Source: Flavobacteriales bacterium (GTDB lineage: Bacteria > Bacteroidota > Bacteroidia > Flavobacteriales_D > Sanyastnellaceae). From it: a stretch of DNA of 39,950 bases. The stretch's first letter is position 1; each line of letters opens with the position of its first letter. A model generated the notes under the pieces. The model saw only the letters and a program-made list of their open reading frames with translations. It was not told the origin of the DNA and made no database searches. This document shows, piece after piece, positions 39,900-39,950 of this stretch. The position numbers and the translations under genes were made by a program. Location of the stretch: contig JBIIRP010000001.1 of NCBI GenBank assembly GCA_044341475.1, positions 1 to 39,950 on the forward strand, in the 5' to 3' direction.

Positions 39900-39950
39900 C
39901 CGGATGGTGCTGGGGGGTCGTACTGGGTGTCGCGGGGGCAGGCTCTGCTG
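39896..39950 (+). CDS. 5' end of a downstream CDS (hydrophobic N-terminus), truncated by window end
   Basis: ATG 39896 overlaps the parB TGA (ATGA) and opens MTGWCWGVVLGVAGAGSA... Only 18 codons are visible. A small membrane protein commonly follows parB in Bacteroidota, but that is context only. Confidence 0.35.
   Translation, partial: MTGWCWGVVLGVAGAGSA

Overview
GC-rich, very densely coding chromosomal segment. Its gene content points to Bacteroidota: a SusC/SusD pair, five proteins with T9SS C-terminal sorting domains, a DUF3276 PUR-alpha-like protein, and Rho with a large N-terminal insertion. I support 33 CDS. No rRNA, tRNA, CRISPR array or mobile element was seen, and the longest intergenic gap is about 116 nt. 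In order, the window holds: (1) a starch-type polysaccharide utilisation locus at 1020-12124, made of a T9SS-secreted GH13, susC, susD, a lipocalin-like lipoprotein, a tandem-module secreted protein and a GH13 lipoprotein, preceded by a lamin-tail-domain protein; (2) a T9SS-tagged PQQ-dependent sugar dehydrogenase whose stop overlaps the start of a small TonB-dependent receptor; (3) a TPR/TolB-like/OmpA protein, a metallophosphoesterase, and rho plus a coupled membrane protein; (4) a tightly overlapped unit of outer-membrane barrel, CapD/WbpM-type dehydratase, unknown protein and YigZ; (5) a methyltransferase, a 933-aa CRTAC1-like T9SS protein, mtaB and lgt; (6) an ECF sigma, anti-sigma and Spy/CpxP-like triad, msrB and a DEAD-box helicase; (7) a PKD-repeat protein with a type-B T9SS domain, a PUR-alpha-like protein, an MBL-fold hydrolase and parA-parB. 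No defence island or obvious new multi-gene machine is visible. The strongest unexplained signal is regulatory. The exact 8-mer TACCTTCG occurs six times by my eye-scan of both strands, and every copy is sense-oriented 4-24 nt upstream of a start codon. At four junctions a stem-loop is followed directly by such a box and then the next start codon. This suggests a lineage-specific -10/-7 promoter box and several leaderless or near-leaderless mRNAs, and it changes three start-codon calls. Other leads are the dehydrogenase/receptor pair (possible PQQ salvage or oxidise-then-import), a recurring ~125-aa module shared by the secreted amylase and a PUL accessory protein, and an R/D/N hexapeptide-repeat disordered insertion in Rho. 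All motif counts were made by eye and need computational confirmation. The many long antisense ORFs in the track are treated as GC-composition artefacts.
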